From Antedon mediterranea (Eukaryota; Animalia; Echinodermata), in contig NC_092678.1 of the NCBI RefSeq assembly GCF_964355755.1, forward strand, positions 11,964,352 to 12,028,351: a stretch of 64,000 bases of DNA. Direction: 5' to 3'. The translations under genes and the position numbers were made by a program. Below the pieces are notes generated by a model. It ran no database searches, was not told the DNA's origin, and saw nothing but the letters and a program-made list of their open reading frames with translations. Below are positions 36,015 to 49,763 of the stretch, one piece after another; the stretch's first letter is position 1, and the number at the start of each line of letters is the position of its first letter.

Positions 36015-38382
36015 TGCACAAAGCGCCATGAGCGCCACATGGGTGGAGGATACCGGCGCTATATAAGTTTTCATTTATTATTATTATTATTATAGTGAAT
36101 TGCATTTGTGGATTTGAATTTCCATAATGTATTATTTTACATTTATTGATGTTGAATTTCAGCTGCCATCTTTTAGACCAATCGGATAATGCCTTGAGAT
36201 CATTTTGAACAGTATCATTTCTGTTTTCATGCACAACATTAAACATCTTAGTGTCATCTGCAAACATCCATACTTTAGATTGAACTGCATCAGGTAGGTC
36301 GTTTATGAAAATTATAAATAATAAAGGGCCTAACACGCTGCCTTGAGGGACTCTGCTTTTAACCGTAGACCATTCAGAAAATGCTGCGGCCACTCTAACT
36401 CTTTGACTCCTCCCTGTCAAAAATTGATTTATCCATCTCAGTAGGTTTCCTTTTATTCCATACGCTTCCAATTTTGTTATTAATCTCTGGTGGGGGATAG
36501 AATCGAACGCCTTAATAAAATCCAAATATACAGCATCAAAGTTTTCCCCTGCATCCAGCAATTTTGTCCATTCTTCCATCACCTCCAGCAATTGTGTGAC
36601 GCAAGATCTACCTTTCCGAAACCCATGCTGTGCTTTTATAATAAGGTTTCTATCATTTAGAAACTGTATAATTTTGTCTCTCACAATTGATTCCAAAAGT
36701 TTGCATACGACAGATGTCAAACTTACTGGCCTGTAGTTTCCAACCTCCGTCTTGTCCCCTTTCTTAAAAATTGGTACTACATTTGCACATTTCCAGCACT
36801 CCGGTAACTGTCCAGTCGATAGTGATTTGTTGTATATTGACGTCAATAGAGTTGCAACAATTTCTTTAAGTTCCTTCAGTACTCTTGGATGCACGTCATC
36901 TGGTCCAGCTGATTTATTTGAGTTCATCTGCTGAAGGCATGTAAGCACTTCCTCCTTAATCACTTCAATTGACTCCAAATGGTCATCCACGTCAACTCTT
37001 GGTGTAACTTCTGGCAATGACTCGAGGTCTTCATTTGTGAATACACTTGTGAAAAATGCGTTGAAAATTTCAGCTTTATGCTGATTGTCATCAGCCATAT
37101 TACCCTTTCCATCCTTCACCAATCCAATAGATTGAGTTGTTTTGGTTTTCTCTCATATTTTCCGCTCCAGTGCAATCTTTGCTGCCCTTTTTTCACCTGT
37201 TACTATATTTCTTGCCTTTTTGTAACTGTCATAATCCTTCTGTTGTCGAGACCTTGTAAACTTTTTCCATGCATTGTGTTTCATTTTAATTTTCCTCTGA
37301 ACGTCACCAGTCATCCAGAAAGGTTTATTTTCTTTTTTTATGTTTGACTTGGGAATACAGATCTGAACAGCATTTCTTATTGATTTATTTAAAGCTTCAC
37401 AGGCCTCTTCAACATTTGTATTTTCAAATTGGTAGTCCACCTCAGTAATCAATTCTTTCATATTAATATAGTCACCCTTGTTGAAATTTAGCTTGTATTC
37501 CATTTTCTCTTGTATTTTAGTTACACAGTCATATGTAAACAAGATTGTTACGTGGTCGCTTTTTCCCAATGGTGGACCTATCTCAATTTCACTTATTTTG
37601 GTTTCATCCATGGTGATTACTAAGTCGAGTATGTTAGGTGTTTGACCATCTCGAAATCGTGTTGGTTGCTGTATACACTGGCATAGAAAATTATCTCTAA
37701 GGCATTCTATAAACCGATTACTTTTATGTGTTTCATTTTTATTTGTACTCCAAGAAATCCAATCAATTTCAGGAAAATTGAAATCTCCTAACATGATGAA
37801 ATCAGAAATACCATTTAGTTCACTTGCTTTGTTGATAGCAGATAGTAACGCTTGATTATTTTCGTCAATACTGTTAGGACTTCTGTAAATACATCCGCAT
37901 AATAGTTGTTGCCTTTTATTTGTTTCAATTTTGATCCATAGTGCTTCCACAAAATTTAAATTCAGTAATTCGTTACAGATACTGGCCTTCAGCTCTTCCT
38001 TCGCAAAAATAACCACACCTCTACCACTTCTGCCAGAATCAAATTTTGTATATCCCTTGATGCTTAACTCAACTTCCAATATGTCTGTACAAGTTTTCTT
38101 ATTTACTTCAGTTATTGCAACCACATCAGGTTTCCTTTGATTTATAATATCACGTAACTCACCTATTTTATTTCTCAGGGCATCTGCGTTTGTGTAAAGA
38201 AATTTCAACGACTTCTCATGAAAATCAACAATTTCATTGTTTCTTAAACTAGATTTCTTCTGCTTTAATCCTTCTATAAAAGTTTTAAATTTTTTCTTGT
38301 CCTCTGAACATTTTTTTTTCCTTATAAATTTTTGTTTTACTTTCCTTTCTAAGTTAAAATAATTTTCTTCAAAACTATTATC

Positions 38383-38990
38383 CATGACTGGTCCTCTATT
38401 TTAGATAAAAGATCTCCACCCCATATTGATGCCATTTTTTTTAGATATCTCGAAGGTCTTTGACCGGATGCCTCATGACATCCTCCTCAATAAGCTTTCC
38501 CAGCAATTTAACATTACTGGTGATATATGGTACTGGTTAAAGTCTTTTTTAATTAAAAGATACCAAAAGGTTCAATTTAAAGGGTCTTCATCTAACTGGG
38601 TGGAGGTAACCAGTGGGGTACCTCAAGCCAGTGTACTCGGTCCCATTCTTTTTAACTTTTTTATTAACGATATTATTTGTTCATTTAAATGTAAAACTGC
38701 TATTTTTGATGATGATATTCTTATTTATAATGCAATTAACTCTCCTCAGGATTCTCTAAACCTTCAAGTTGATCTGGACCGACTTGGTCTGTGGAGCCAA
38801 GCAAATCGCATGCCTTTCAATGTTATGAAGACGAATGTCCTGCATGTCACACGTTCGCGTAACAGACAGTTGTCTAAATACCTTTTGTTTGACTCTCATA
38901 TTAGTCCGGTGACATCTTTTAAATACCTTGGTGTTACTTTTAACTTAAAATTGACCTGGGATGACCATGTCCATGTCATTGTTTCCAAAA
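38383..38990 (+). pseudogene. CR1-like RT fragment, 3' half of the outermost host element
   Basis: HDWSSILD..IDAIF-LDISKVFDRMPH, SGVPQASVLGP, FDDD, KYLGVTF..LTWDDH. Confidence 0.85.
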
Positions 38991-39244
38991 ACAATTCCTA
39001 CTTTATCCTAAACAAATGGAAAACAGCATATTACAATAGGCATATGCAAGCATATGCTGTTGTGGAGCCTAAGGAATTAGATGAAGTAACTTCTATGAAA
39101 CCTCAAGAATTAACCCTTTGCCAACCATTACATGTAACACAGTGCCATAGTGTGACAGACTGCTCATGGTATATTGTGGCTCCATTTAATGAAATATAAA
39201 ATCTGCATTTTTCTAATAATCTAAATTTAAAACTATGAACAGGT

Positions 39245-39815
39245 ATTTCAAATTTCAAATTCAAATATTCTTTATTCATCCTCAATCATGAAAATATACA
39301 ACAACAATATATGAGAACATAAAAAAGATGAAAAGGAAACACATAAAAACTCAAAAGAGCTTGATTAGTTGTGTCCCCCTACGTCCCTAACTAGCCTAAA
39401 AAACTAAAACATAAATAATAAAAAAGCTAAACCCTGCAACAAGTATTATTTTTAAAATTATTTGTAAAATGTTAATAAATGTTCTTTAAACAATGATTTA
39501 AATATATATATTGATTTGGTACTTTGTAGTTCGTAATTCAAGTCATTCCACAATTTGGGGCCCTCACATGACACAGTAAAACTAGTAGAAGTACGATTAC
39601 GTTTTCTGAGTCTTGTATTATAATTATGGTAAGAACCATTTTTAATAAAGAGCGATGAAAAACGCACGTCCTGATTAGTAGTAACATTATACATGAAAAG
39701 CCCAATTTGGTACTTATTGATATCCGCAATTTTAAGAAGTTTAAATTTATAGAAACATTCAGTCATTGAATCATTAAACTTTGACCATGTTATAGCTCGT
39801 AATGCCCTTTTCTGG
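39245..39815 (-). pseudogene. Crack/Daphne-like LINE 3' fragment
   Basis: QKRALRAI..LLKIADINKYQIGLFMY..HNYNTR..GPKLWNDL..FKSLFKEHLL. Minus-strand tail AATAAA..(TTTGAA)n. Confidence 0.75.
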
Positions 39816-40051
39816 ACTCATCTAGATAACTTGTCGTTCCGCTTGAGTGAGCATGTAAGGTCAAGGGTCAATTTGGGATTATTGTTATGTTGTTAATGTT
39901 TAATTTCAGTAATTTACGGCTAAAGACAAGAAGTTGAAATAACGCTGGAATATGCTAGAATTATATGGAAAGAAATAAAAAACAAAGAGCCAGTAAATTA
40001 GTTGGTGCCGTTCATTTTAAACGTTCATTGAGTAGTTGCCGGTGAACTTAC

Positions 40052-43000
40052 ACAGCTAAACGCAGGCACAGTAGCATAGCAGGAGGTTTGGAGGTACCCT
40101 GTGAACTTATTTGTTGCACACCCAAAAAAAAAATTAATTGACCGTCTGAAGCAACTTGTTGAGGGTAGGTAGGCCTCATATAGGCTCTATTTATGATTTT
40201 TACATTTCACCCCCAACAAATGCCTCTTTTTAAAAAATGCAACGCTCCAGGGGAATTTATTAGGAAAAATATGGTATTGTATATTTTCTTTTTTTTGTTG
40301 CTAAATACAAGTTACCGAATATACAAATAAAACATTATAAAGTTCAGTTCTTGTGTGAATTTCTGTTATTTTCTATATTTAATATTTTATTTTGCCGGAA
40401 AAACACCAGGAATTATTGAAAAATCTAAAATGGCAGCTATTTTGAAAATAAAAAACTCCTTAACCTCCTTTTTTTTTTTCCAAACCCGGATGAGAAACAT
40501 GTTTTATTTTTTACATGGCCTAACATAATAAATTGCATATTTTTATTTATTTTTCATAGAATATTTTAATAGTTAACTCTACCAATACTGCAAACCAAAA
40601 ACTTATCAATAAAATTTATTGAAAATCACACTATTCTCAAGGGTTTCCATTTTTGGGTAAATTGAATGCTGTGATTGGATTATTGAAAAATGATAAACAG
40701 TTTTGTATGTTTTATCCAGTTATCATGAGCGTATCATTTAAAGTTTTCTAGATACTAAGGATAAAGGGAAACAAAAAAAAGGCCAGACATTCCTGCAGTG
40801 TGCCTGGATGTTGGGCTAAAAACCTGGCAAGGTATGACATGCATCTGCAAAGGAAGCATAAATTCCCTGTAAGTTAAAATTTTTTCAACTTTAGCAGAAC
40901 TAGAAATAGTGTGTAGAGTAGTAATGTATTTCCAACTATTATAATTGTTTGTTTATTGTTTTTTTTAAAAATATGTATGTTAATTACAAAAATCTATTTT
41001 TTTAGAGTTCGTAGACTATCACCACTCTGTATTACTTAGGTTCAAATTTCTTTTTTTTAGTGAATGTTATTCATCTGTTGAACTTTTTAGTGAGGATGAG
41101 GTCAGTGGGAAATCAAGTGAAGAAAGTAACAAGACAACAGTGAAAATGAACAGGGCAGTGAAGAAGAAGATGCATGGAAATAGGGCAGTGAAGAAGAAGA
41201 TGCATGGAAAGAGGACAGTGAAGAAGATGATGCATGGAAAGAGGGCAGTGAAGTATAGGACAGTTACACAGAGGGTAAAAATAAACTAGGACAAAAAGAA
41301 GAAAACGGCCTAAAAAACAGGTATATAATTCTTTTGCATTCCTTTTGTTTTTAACTTTTAAAAATGTTGCTTATTTTGTGCTTTAATTCTTGAATAGTCT
41401 TGCCCTTTATGCGGAAAGAAAACTCAGGACACATCCAGACATAAACAAGTTCATAAAAGAGTGAGTGACGTTTGGCATTTTTGTCAGCAATTAAAAAAAA
41501 GTAAGACAAACTAATTTTATGTAAAACATAACCACCCTGTAAATAATTTGTTTGTAAGTGAGATTATGTTCACCAACCTGTAGAATATAAAGCCATCTAA
41601 TAATGAGGACATACAGACATTAGCTTGATTTATCTAACAAACTACTTTTGTAAATTATTTACACAACATGGTAATTTATTTATAATTATAGAAAGAGAGA
41701 AGCTAACCCAACTAAAAACAATTTGCAAATATTATGAGACTGGATAAGCACCTAAAAAAGGTGTATTGTTTTGTAATTTTTTTTTAATACAAAAAAATGT
41801 GCTAATTGGAGTTCTTCTTGTGAGAAAGGATAGCACATAAGTTTTAACAGAATTTTTTTCCCCACTTAATAGTTTTGGTAGCAATAACTTATAATTAACA
41901 AATTAAATAATTCTGAATATTAAAAAAATGTATATTTTTATTTTAGATGTCAAATGAGAAGGAGGGTACTGTCACCTAGACTACCCTAGTAGTACTGCTT
42001 TCTGAAATTTTAAACTGGAATTAAATTAGTTTTCCTACTAAAATGTAATCATTTAGTGTTAGACATTTAATATGCATTTTATCATTGAACATTTGAGCTT
42101 TCACAACAAATATCTTTTTTTATTTTGTAATTTAGACTGGCAGTAAGGAATATAAGAAATATTCCAATTACGACAAGGAAAAAACACCAGATGAAGGTAT
42201 GAGTTCAAACTTAAAATAAGATTGTACTTGTAGTTACTGTAAACAAATTGGCTTGCATAAAATGATTTTAGCACAGCCAGCCTTCTGCTTTATTAATCTG
42301 TCCATTTTACACTATAGTTTTTTCAAAAAAGGTAGGATTTTCATAATTATGGTTTTATTAGAAATGGACCCATTTACCATTTTTTACTTACAACGAGGAA
42401 TTATATTACAAGTGCCCTTGTGTACCTGGAGTTCTGCTCCTTTGAGAAACCAGATATAAACATAAATAAAATATCAAGAAGCGAAAAAATGCTAAAGATT
42501 TTGGCAAAGTCTTTAGCAAAGGGCATATCACACCAACGCGGAAAGAAAGAAAGCTGCCATAAACAGTACATTACGTATTACTGTATATTCATTTTGTTAC
42601 ACATTTGTGATTATATTTTTGATTTGATTTGTTTTTGTTACTATTTTGAATTATTTACTGAAAAACTAGACACGCAAAAAAAAGTTATCTTTTTATGATA
42701 AGTATGCAGCAGGAAACTGCATACCTATCAAGAGCAGAGCCGGTCCTCAAGGCCTTCAAAGGTACGCTACTTTAAGAAACATTTTATTATTGTAATTGTA
42801 ATTTTGTCATTTAAACATGGTTTCTGATGCCAGAAAAAGGTGAATACTTCATTCATTATGAACAATTTTTTTCATGTTGTTAACAGCTAAATTATAAATA
42901 ACATATTGTTAAGTATAAACAAGAGCAATCCAAGATTTTTTATTTTTTTTTTAAACATAAAGACGAAGTAAAAGTAAAAATTACAGCTAAATGCAGGCAC

Positions 43001-46000
43001 AGTAGCATAGCAGGGGGTTTGGAGGTACCCTGTGAACTTATTTGTTGCACACCCAAAAAAACATTAATTGACCGTCTGAAGCAACTTGTTTAGGGTAGGT
43101 AGGCCTCATATAGGCTCTATTTATGATTTTTACATTTCACCCCCAACAAATGCCTCTTTTAAAAAAATGCAACGCTCCAGGGGAATTTATTAGGAACAAT
43201 ACGGTACTGTATATTTTCTTTTTTTTTTGCTAAATACAAGTTACCGAATATACAAATAAAACATCATAAAGTTCAGTTCTTGTGTGAATTTCTGTTATTT
43301 TCTATATTTAATATTTTATTTTGCCGGAAAAACACCAGAAATTATTGAAAAATCTAAAATGCCAGCTATTTTGAAAATAAAAAACTCCTTAACCTCCTTT
43401 TTGTTTTATTTTTTACATGGCCTAACATAATAAATTGCATATTTTTATTTATTTTTCATAGAATATTTTACTAGTTAACTCTATCAATACTGCAAACCGA
43501 AAATTTTTGGGTAAATTGAATGCTGTGATTGGATTATTGAAAAATGATATAACAGTTTTGTATGTTTTATCCAGTTATCATGAGCGTATCATTTAAAGTT
43601 TTCTAGATACTAAGGATAAAGGGAAACAAAAAAAAGGCCAGACATTCCTGCAGTGTGCCTGGATGTTGGGCTAAAAACCTGGCAAGGTATGACATGCATC
43701 TGCAAAGGAAGCATAAATTCCCTGTAAGTTAAAATTCTTTCAACTTTAGCAGAACTAGAAATAGTGTGTAGAGTAGTAATGTATTTCCAACTATTATAAT
43801 TGTTTGTTTATTGTTTTTTTTAAAAATATATATGTTAATTACAAAAATCTATTTTTTTAGAGTTCGTAGACTATCACCACTCTGTATTACTTAGGTTCAA
43901 ATTTCTTTTTTTTAGTGAATGTTATTCATCTGTTGAACTTTTTAGTGAGGATGAGGTCAGTGGGAAATCAAGTGAAGAAAGTAACAAGACAACAGTGAAA
44001 ATGAACAGGGCAGTGACAAAGAAGATGCATGGAAAAAGGGCAGTGAAGAAGAAGATGCATGGAAATAGGGCAGTGAAGAAGAAGATGCATGGAAAGAGGA
44101 CAGTGAAGAAGATGATGCATGGAAAGAGGGCAGTGAAGTATAGGACAGTTACACAGAGGGTAAAAATAAACTAGGACAAAAAGAAGAAAATGGCCTAAAA
44201 AACAGGTATATAATTCTTTTGCATTCCTTTTGTTTTTAACTTTTAAAAATGTTGCTTATTTTGTGTTTTAATAGTCTTGCCCTTTATGCGGAAAGAAAAC
44301 TCTTGACACATCCAGACATAAACAAGTTCATAAAAGAGTGAGTGACGTTTGGCATTTTTGTCAGCAATTAAAAAAAAGTAAGACAAACTAATTTTATGTA
44401 AAACATAACCACCCTGTAAATAATTTGTTTGTAAGTGAGATATGTTCGCCATCTAATAATGAGGACATACAGACATTAGCTTGATTTATCTAACATTTAA
44501 CAAACTACTTTTGTAAATTATTTACACAACATGGTAATTTATTTATAATTATAGAAAGAGAGAAGCTAACCCAACTAAAAACAATTTGCAAATATTATGA
44601 GACTGGATAAGCACCTAAAAAAGGTATATTGTTTTGAGGTAATTTTTTTTTAATACAAAAAAATGTGCTAATTGGAGTTCTTCTTGTGAGAAAGGATAGC
44701 ACATAAGTTTTAACAGAATTTTTTTCCCCACTTAATAGTTTTGGTAGCAATAACTTATAATTAACAAATTTAATAATTCTGAATATTAAAAAAATGTATA
44801 TTTTTATTTTAGATGTCAAATGAGAAGGAGGGTACTGTCACCTAGACTACTCTAGTAGTACTGCTTTCTGAAATTTTCAACTGGAATTAAATTACTAAAA
44901 TGTAATCATTTAGTGTTAGACATTTAATATGCATTTTATCATTGAACATATTTGAGCTTTCACAACAAATATCTTTTTTTATTTTGTAATTGAGACTGGC
45001 AGTAAGGAATATAAGAAATATTCCAATTACGACAAGGAAAAAACACCAGATGAAGGTATGAGTTAAAACTTAAAATAAGATTGTACTTGTAGTTACTGTA
45101 AACAAATTGGCTTGCATAAAATGATTTTAGCACAGCCAGCCTTCTGCTTTATTAATCTGTCCATTTTACAATGTAGTTTTTTCAAAAAAGGTAGGATTTT
45201 CATAATTATGGTTTTATTAGAAATGGACCCATTTACCAGTTTTTTATTCACAAGAAATTATTCAAGCAAACAAGCTCATCAGGCTGTGACAGAGATGAAC
45301 AAATTGTGTAATGGCGATTACAACAATTTATTTGATGCAAGTTGGCTCAGAAAGGTTTTTTTTTTTAAATTATTTTATAAGTGTTAAAAGTCTTTAATAT
45401 TTAAAATACACTATAGAACAAGATTTTCTTATGATACTACGTACCTGTAGTGTTATGTTAAAAAAAAACCAATATTATTATTAACCATTCATTATGTAAA
45501 TGTCTATTCATGTTCTGCAAATGTCAAATATTTTAAAACAAAGTTAGCTAATGATTTCTTCTTTTATTTTTCAACAGAGGAAAGTGAATGAATTATCAGT
45601 TGGAAAAACGCCTAGTACGATAAGGTACTACAAGTGCCCTTGTGTACCTGGAGTTCTGCTCCTTTAAGAAACCAGATATAAACATAAATAAAATATCAAG
45701 AAGCGAAAAATTTTTAAGGATTTTGGCAAAGTCTTTAGCAAAGGGCATTTCACACCAACGTGAAAGGAAGAAAGCTGCCATAAACAGTACATTATATTCA
45801 TTTTGTTAAATATTGTGATTACATTTTTGATTTGATTTGTTTTTGTTACTATTTTGAATTATTTACTGAAAAACTAGACACGCAAAAAAAAGTTATCTTT
45901 TTATGATTTCTTATAGCCGAAATGATAAGTATGCAGCAGGAAACTGCATACTTATCAAGAGCAGAGCCGGTCCTCAAGGCCTTAAAAGGTACGGTACTTT

Positions 46001-47128
46001 AAGAAAATTTTATTATTGTAATTGTCATTTTGTCATTTTTAATCTGCAGCTTTAAAATTGTCTGGTGGTAATGTACAGTAAAGTTTGTTACTAATATAAT
46101 TATAACTTTTTATTTACAGGAAAAAATAGACTTACCGAAAACGAACGGACATTTTTAAGATCGCACATAATTTCGATAATTAGCATCCGAAACGCATGCC
46201 GTGCTGGCGTCATAACAAATGTAACGAAAGAAGAATTTGATGATTCAACCGACGTTGAAAACAAAAAGGTTGTATCAGTAAGTCGATAAAAAAAGAAACA
46301 ATAAAGTTTCACCAGATGAAGGTATGAGTTAAAACTTAAAATAAGATTGTACTTGTAGTTACTGTAAACAAATTGGCTTGCATAAAATGATTTTAGTACA
46401 GCTAGCCTTCTGCTTTATTAATCTGTCAAAAAAGTTAGCATTTTCATAATTATGATTTTATTAGAAATGGACCCATTTACCAGTTTTTTACTTACAACGA
46501 GGAATTATTTTAGCAAACATGCTAATAAGGATGCGACCGAAATGAACAAATTGTGTAATGGCGACTATAACAATTTATTTGATGCAAGTTTGCTGAGAAA
46601 GTTAGTTTTTTATAAATTATTCTATAAGTGTTAAAAATCTTCAATATTTAAAATACACTACTGTATAGAACAAGATTTTCTGATCATCTTTTCCACTACC
46701 TGTTATGTCTTTAAAAAATCAATATTAACCATTCATTATGTAAATGTCTATTCATGTTATGCAAATGTCAAATATTTTAAAACAAAGTTAGTTTTGTTTC
46801 TTTTATTTTTAAACATAGGGAAGTGAATGAATTATCAGTTGGCAAAACGCCTAGTACAATAAGGTACTACAAGTGCCCTTGTGTACCTGGAGTTCTGCTC
46901 CTTTGAAAAACCTGATATAAATATCAACAAAATTTCAAGAAGCGAAAAAATGCTAAAAATTTTGGCAAAGTCTTTAGCAAAGGGCATATCACACCAACGT
47001 GAAAGGAAGAAAGCTGCCATAAAACAGTACATTATATTCATTTTGTTACACATTGTGATTACATTTTTATTTTATTTGTTATTATTTTGAATTATTTACT
47101 AAAAAACAAGCCACGCAAAAAAAAAAGG
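40052..47128 (+). repeat. Tandem array of a ~2.9-3.3 kb unit (A 40052-42812, B 42813-46310, partial C 46310-47128)
   Basis: ACAGCTAAA(C/T)GCAGGCACAGTAGC at 40052 and 42983. CACCAGATGAAGGTATGAG at ~42185, ~45045 and 46310. Copies differ by SNPs and indels. Confidence 0.95.
43608..46277 (+). pseudogene. Multi-exon gene: two C2H2-like fingers, acidic repeat, tyrosine-recombinase-like region (most complete copy)
   Basis: AG/GT-bounded exons encode CSVPGC..RYDMHLQRKH, GSEEEDAWK repeats, CPLCGK..RHKQVH, TIRYY/YLEF, EMISMQQE.. (45917-45988) and FLRSHIISIISIRNACRAGVITNVTKEEF (46120-46277). Confidence 0.65.
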
Positions 47129-47129
47129 T

Positions 47130-47472
47130 AACAGATTTTCTGTGTTTATTACAGGCATGATCTTTAAAATCTCACAAATACGGTATATCTGTAAATTTAC
47201 TGATTTTCTGTATTCATTACAGGAATGATCTTTAAAATCTCACAAATATATCTGTAAATTTACAGATTGTCTGTATTGTTTATAAACATCAGTCTGTAAA
47301 TTTACATAAATGTCTTTAATTAAACACATAGATATCTGTAAAACTTGTCAGTAAAGTCAACTGTAATTTTAAAGAAACTTTTTTAAAAATCTACAGAAAC
47401 GTCTGTACCTACAGTTTCTGGCATCTCTGCTTCACATACTTTTTATGTAAAATTACTGGAATTTTTTCAGTG
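47130..47472. mobile_element. Right terminus of a CMC/EnSpm-like element (CACTG-type TIR and subterminal repeats)
   Basis: Repeated TCTGTAAATTTAC/ACAGA motifs ending TTTTTTCAGTG. A second copy ends TTTTTTTCACAGTG at 59190. Confidence 0.65.
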
Positions 47473-47581
47473 TAGCTTGATTCTTTAGTAGGGCACATTG
47501 TTATGTACTATACAAAATAAACTGAATTGCAAATATTTTTTATACAATATAAAACAAATAAATGTTTGTTTTCATTTTTAG

Positions 47582-48125
47582 GAAGAAATCTTTTATTGAC
47601 GGTAAAATTGGACACATGATCAACTTACAAAAGGAAAGCCTGTCGCTTCTAAGATTGATGCTGGCATCGAAAAATACAGCCGATGATGAAATGATTGATA
47701 GTCCATTAAAATCAAAAGATGAAATGGATGCTATGGACATTAGACTGACATATCAGTCTTTCCAACGACACATGGTAATTTAAACATGGAACAGTAGTAT
47801 GCAATACTAATCCTGTTTCTTTTTTATATGCGTTAATATTTTGTGTTACATAATTCATTTATTATTATGTGATGTACTTGAGACTTGTTTGTACTGTTCT
47901 TTAGTGTTCCTTTACAATTTCATTTTGTATACAGCATTAATAATCTTTATTTATACTCCAAAAAGGTAAACTATTTAAGCGCTTTGACAGGACACAGGGC
48001 AGGTGATACTGTTCGCCACATTATGAGGAAGGTGGCCACCAACAGGGTGCTGTCACTTTACAGTTACAAGGGCCAAAAAGGCAAAGCTGCATTTTGGAAG
48101 GCGCAGTTGTGCAGTGCAATAATAA
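47582..48125 (+). pseudogene. DUF4806-type transposon accessory gene exons
   Basis: SPLKSKDEMDAMDIRL..RHM|GT and AG|VNYLSALTGHRAGDTVRHIMRKVATNRVLSLYSYKGQKGKAAF..LCSAI. Confidence 0.75.
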
Positions 48126-48304
48126 GTATAGTATTAGCCTATTAAATAGGCTTAGTCAATTTTGATTACTAGTCTTGTTGAAATTTCATAGCAGTTTTTA
48201 TGGTTGTACTATTTTGTGACATGCTCTGGCAAAGTGAAACATACGGTAAGTCGAAAATTTCAGATTTGTATTTTATCTGGTAGGAAATGTATAATCCTTT
48301 ACAA

Positions 48305-48510
48305 TGATACCAAACTTAATATTTAACATGAAGAGAATGCCACCAGTAAAAGTGAAAGGGAAATGCTATCTTTTTTTTTAAGACAAAAAATTCTCAAAAG
48401 GGATGTACCATATTGAGTAGTAGGGTGAGGAAGAAAGTTATGATGAGGATGCCGAAAGTTACAATATTTCTATGTTTTCATTGGCAATTGATTTAACACA
48501 GGGCCTAACA
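48305..48510 (+). repeat. Dispersed repeat, second copy at ~58254-58450
   Basis: ATACCAAACTTAATATTTAACATGAAGAGAATGCC...GATTTAACACAGGGC is near-identical at both loci. Confidence 0.85.
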
Positions 48511-48933
48511 CAATAAGAAGTACTGTATATAATTATGTTTCCGGTATCTTTTGGGAGGAGGATAAAGTTTTTAAATCATTTATTTCTAATTTATCTTGAT
48601 GTATAGTGTAGATACATGATCTGATTTTGTTCATTTAAACTTTGTTGAATTCCATTTTTTAAAAAGAATTATTAATTCCAATTGGTTTTTTTTCCATCAG
48701 GTCAACTGTTTTTTCCCATCAGGTCAACTGGTTTTTTCAAGCACAACTCAGTATGAACAAATCTTGTTGTTTTATAAAAAAGGTAGGCCTGGCTTGATGT
48801 ATAATTTCTAAGTATTATCACTCTAGTAGGCTTACAGTAGCTAGCCTAGAGTATAGTGCTAGGCCTAACTATTGCAAATAGGGGCATAGACTCTAGACCC
48901 ATTATTGCATTGCCGCTTGCAATCTAGGCCTAG

Positions 48934-48985
48934 TGTAGTGCCATGCGATTGGCTAGTGGTTACGTCATCTATACGTCACAGCCAA
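48934..48985 (+). repeat. Short fragment of the LTR seen at 12425
   Basis: TGTAGTGCC..GCGATTGGCTAGTGGTTACGTCATCTATAC is shared. Confidence 0.75.
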
Positions 48986-48989
48986 TCGG

Positions 48990-49120
48990 GTGTCTAGAAA
49001 ACTCAGACCTACAAAACTCAGATCTCAGATACTGTATATCTGAGTTTTCTAGATCTAGAAAACTAAGATATCAATATCTGAGTTTTCTAGTTCCAGAATG
49101 GGACTAGAAATCTTAGATCA
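48990..49120. repeat. Palindromic cluster of CTAGAAAACTCAGA units (MITE-like end)
   Basis: Direct and inverted copies: CTAGAAAACTCAGA / TCTGAGTTTTCTAG. Confidence 0.7.
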
Positions 49121-49449
49121 TCAAATGATTGGTTGGTTGGTTGGCATTTGGATCATTCCATTATTAATCAGAAGGTAGGTCATTTGAAAATACAGTGCAC
49201 GTTACCGTTAAAATGTAGGCTTAAAACTTGCTTCAACCACAATTACCTTAACTCCCATTAACTCGAACTCCACAGAATAGAAAAGATTTAACAGAAAGAA
49301 CATTAATGTCTCCTATTTCACGTCCTAGTACAAGTAGTACTCCTAACAAAGGTATTATTTCATTTATTTAGGGATGATTTATTTAAAACATTCATTTTTT
49401 TTTTAAAGTCTGACGATATGTTCATTCGAATGTTTTTAAACATGGTACT

Positions 49450-49594
49450 CAGGAGCGGAGGGTGCGGACTCACTCCCCCAAAAAGACAAAAAGGTGTGCC
49501 TGTGCCTAGCACGGCTCACACGACGACAAAGGCCATTTCCGGTCCACTTAACAATTTTAGCACCCCCTCAAATTGGAACCACTCTACGCCCCTG
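49450..49594. mobile_element. Small hAT-like MITE
   Basis: Imperfect TIR CAGGAGCGGAG / CTACGCCCCTG, flanked by GTACT on both sides. Confidence 0.5.
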
Positions 49595-49763
49595 GTACTA
49601 GTATTCTTGAAATTGAAAATCTCTTTCTGCTAGAACAATCAACAATCATAAATAACAATAAATGAAAAAATAAATGCATTAATCTGTGAAAGTAATGATT
49701 TATTTGTACACAATTAAAATTATTCTTTTCGATATATTTATATACTGTAATATATTTTTTCAG

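Larger units (their letters stand above)
30447..36093 (+). mobile_element. Full-length single-ORF L2 LINE
   Basis: Begins TTCCTCTGTTGGC where the CR1 reading frame is cut. Ends AGCGCCATGAG..GGCGCTATATAAG and (TTA)n. Confidence 0.9.
29723..38378 (-). mobile_element. CR1-clade LINE (ORF2) on the minus strand, split by an L2 insertion
   Basis: EN 38385-37153 (YTNADAL, YRSP, GDFN, SDH), RT 37122-36094 (NYRPVSLT, QHGF, FADD), C-terminus 30446-29804 (EKDLGV, RPHLEY, RTRGH). The 3' end is a tandem TTCAAGTAAGA. Confidence 0.92.
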
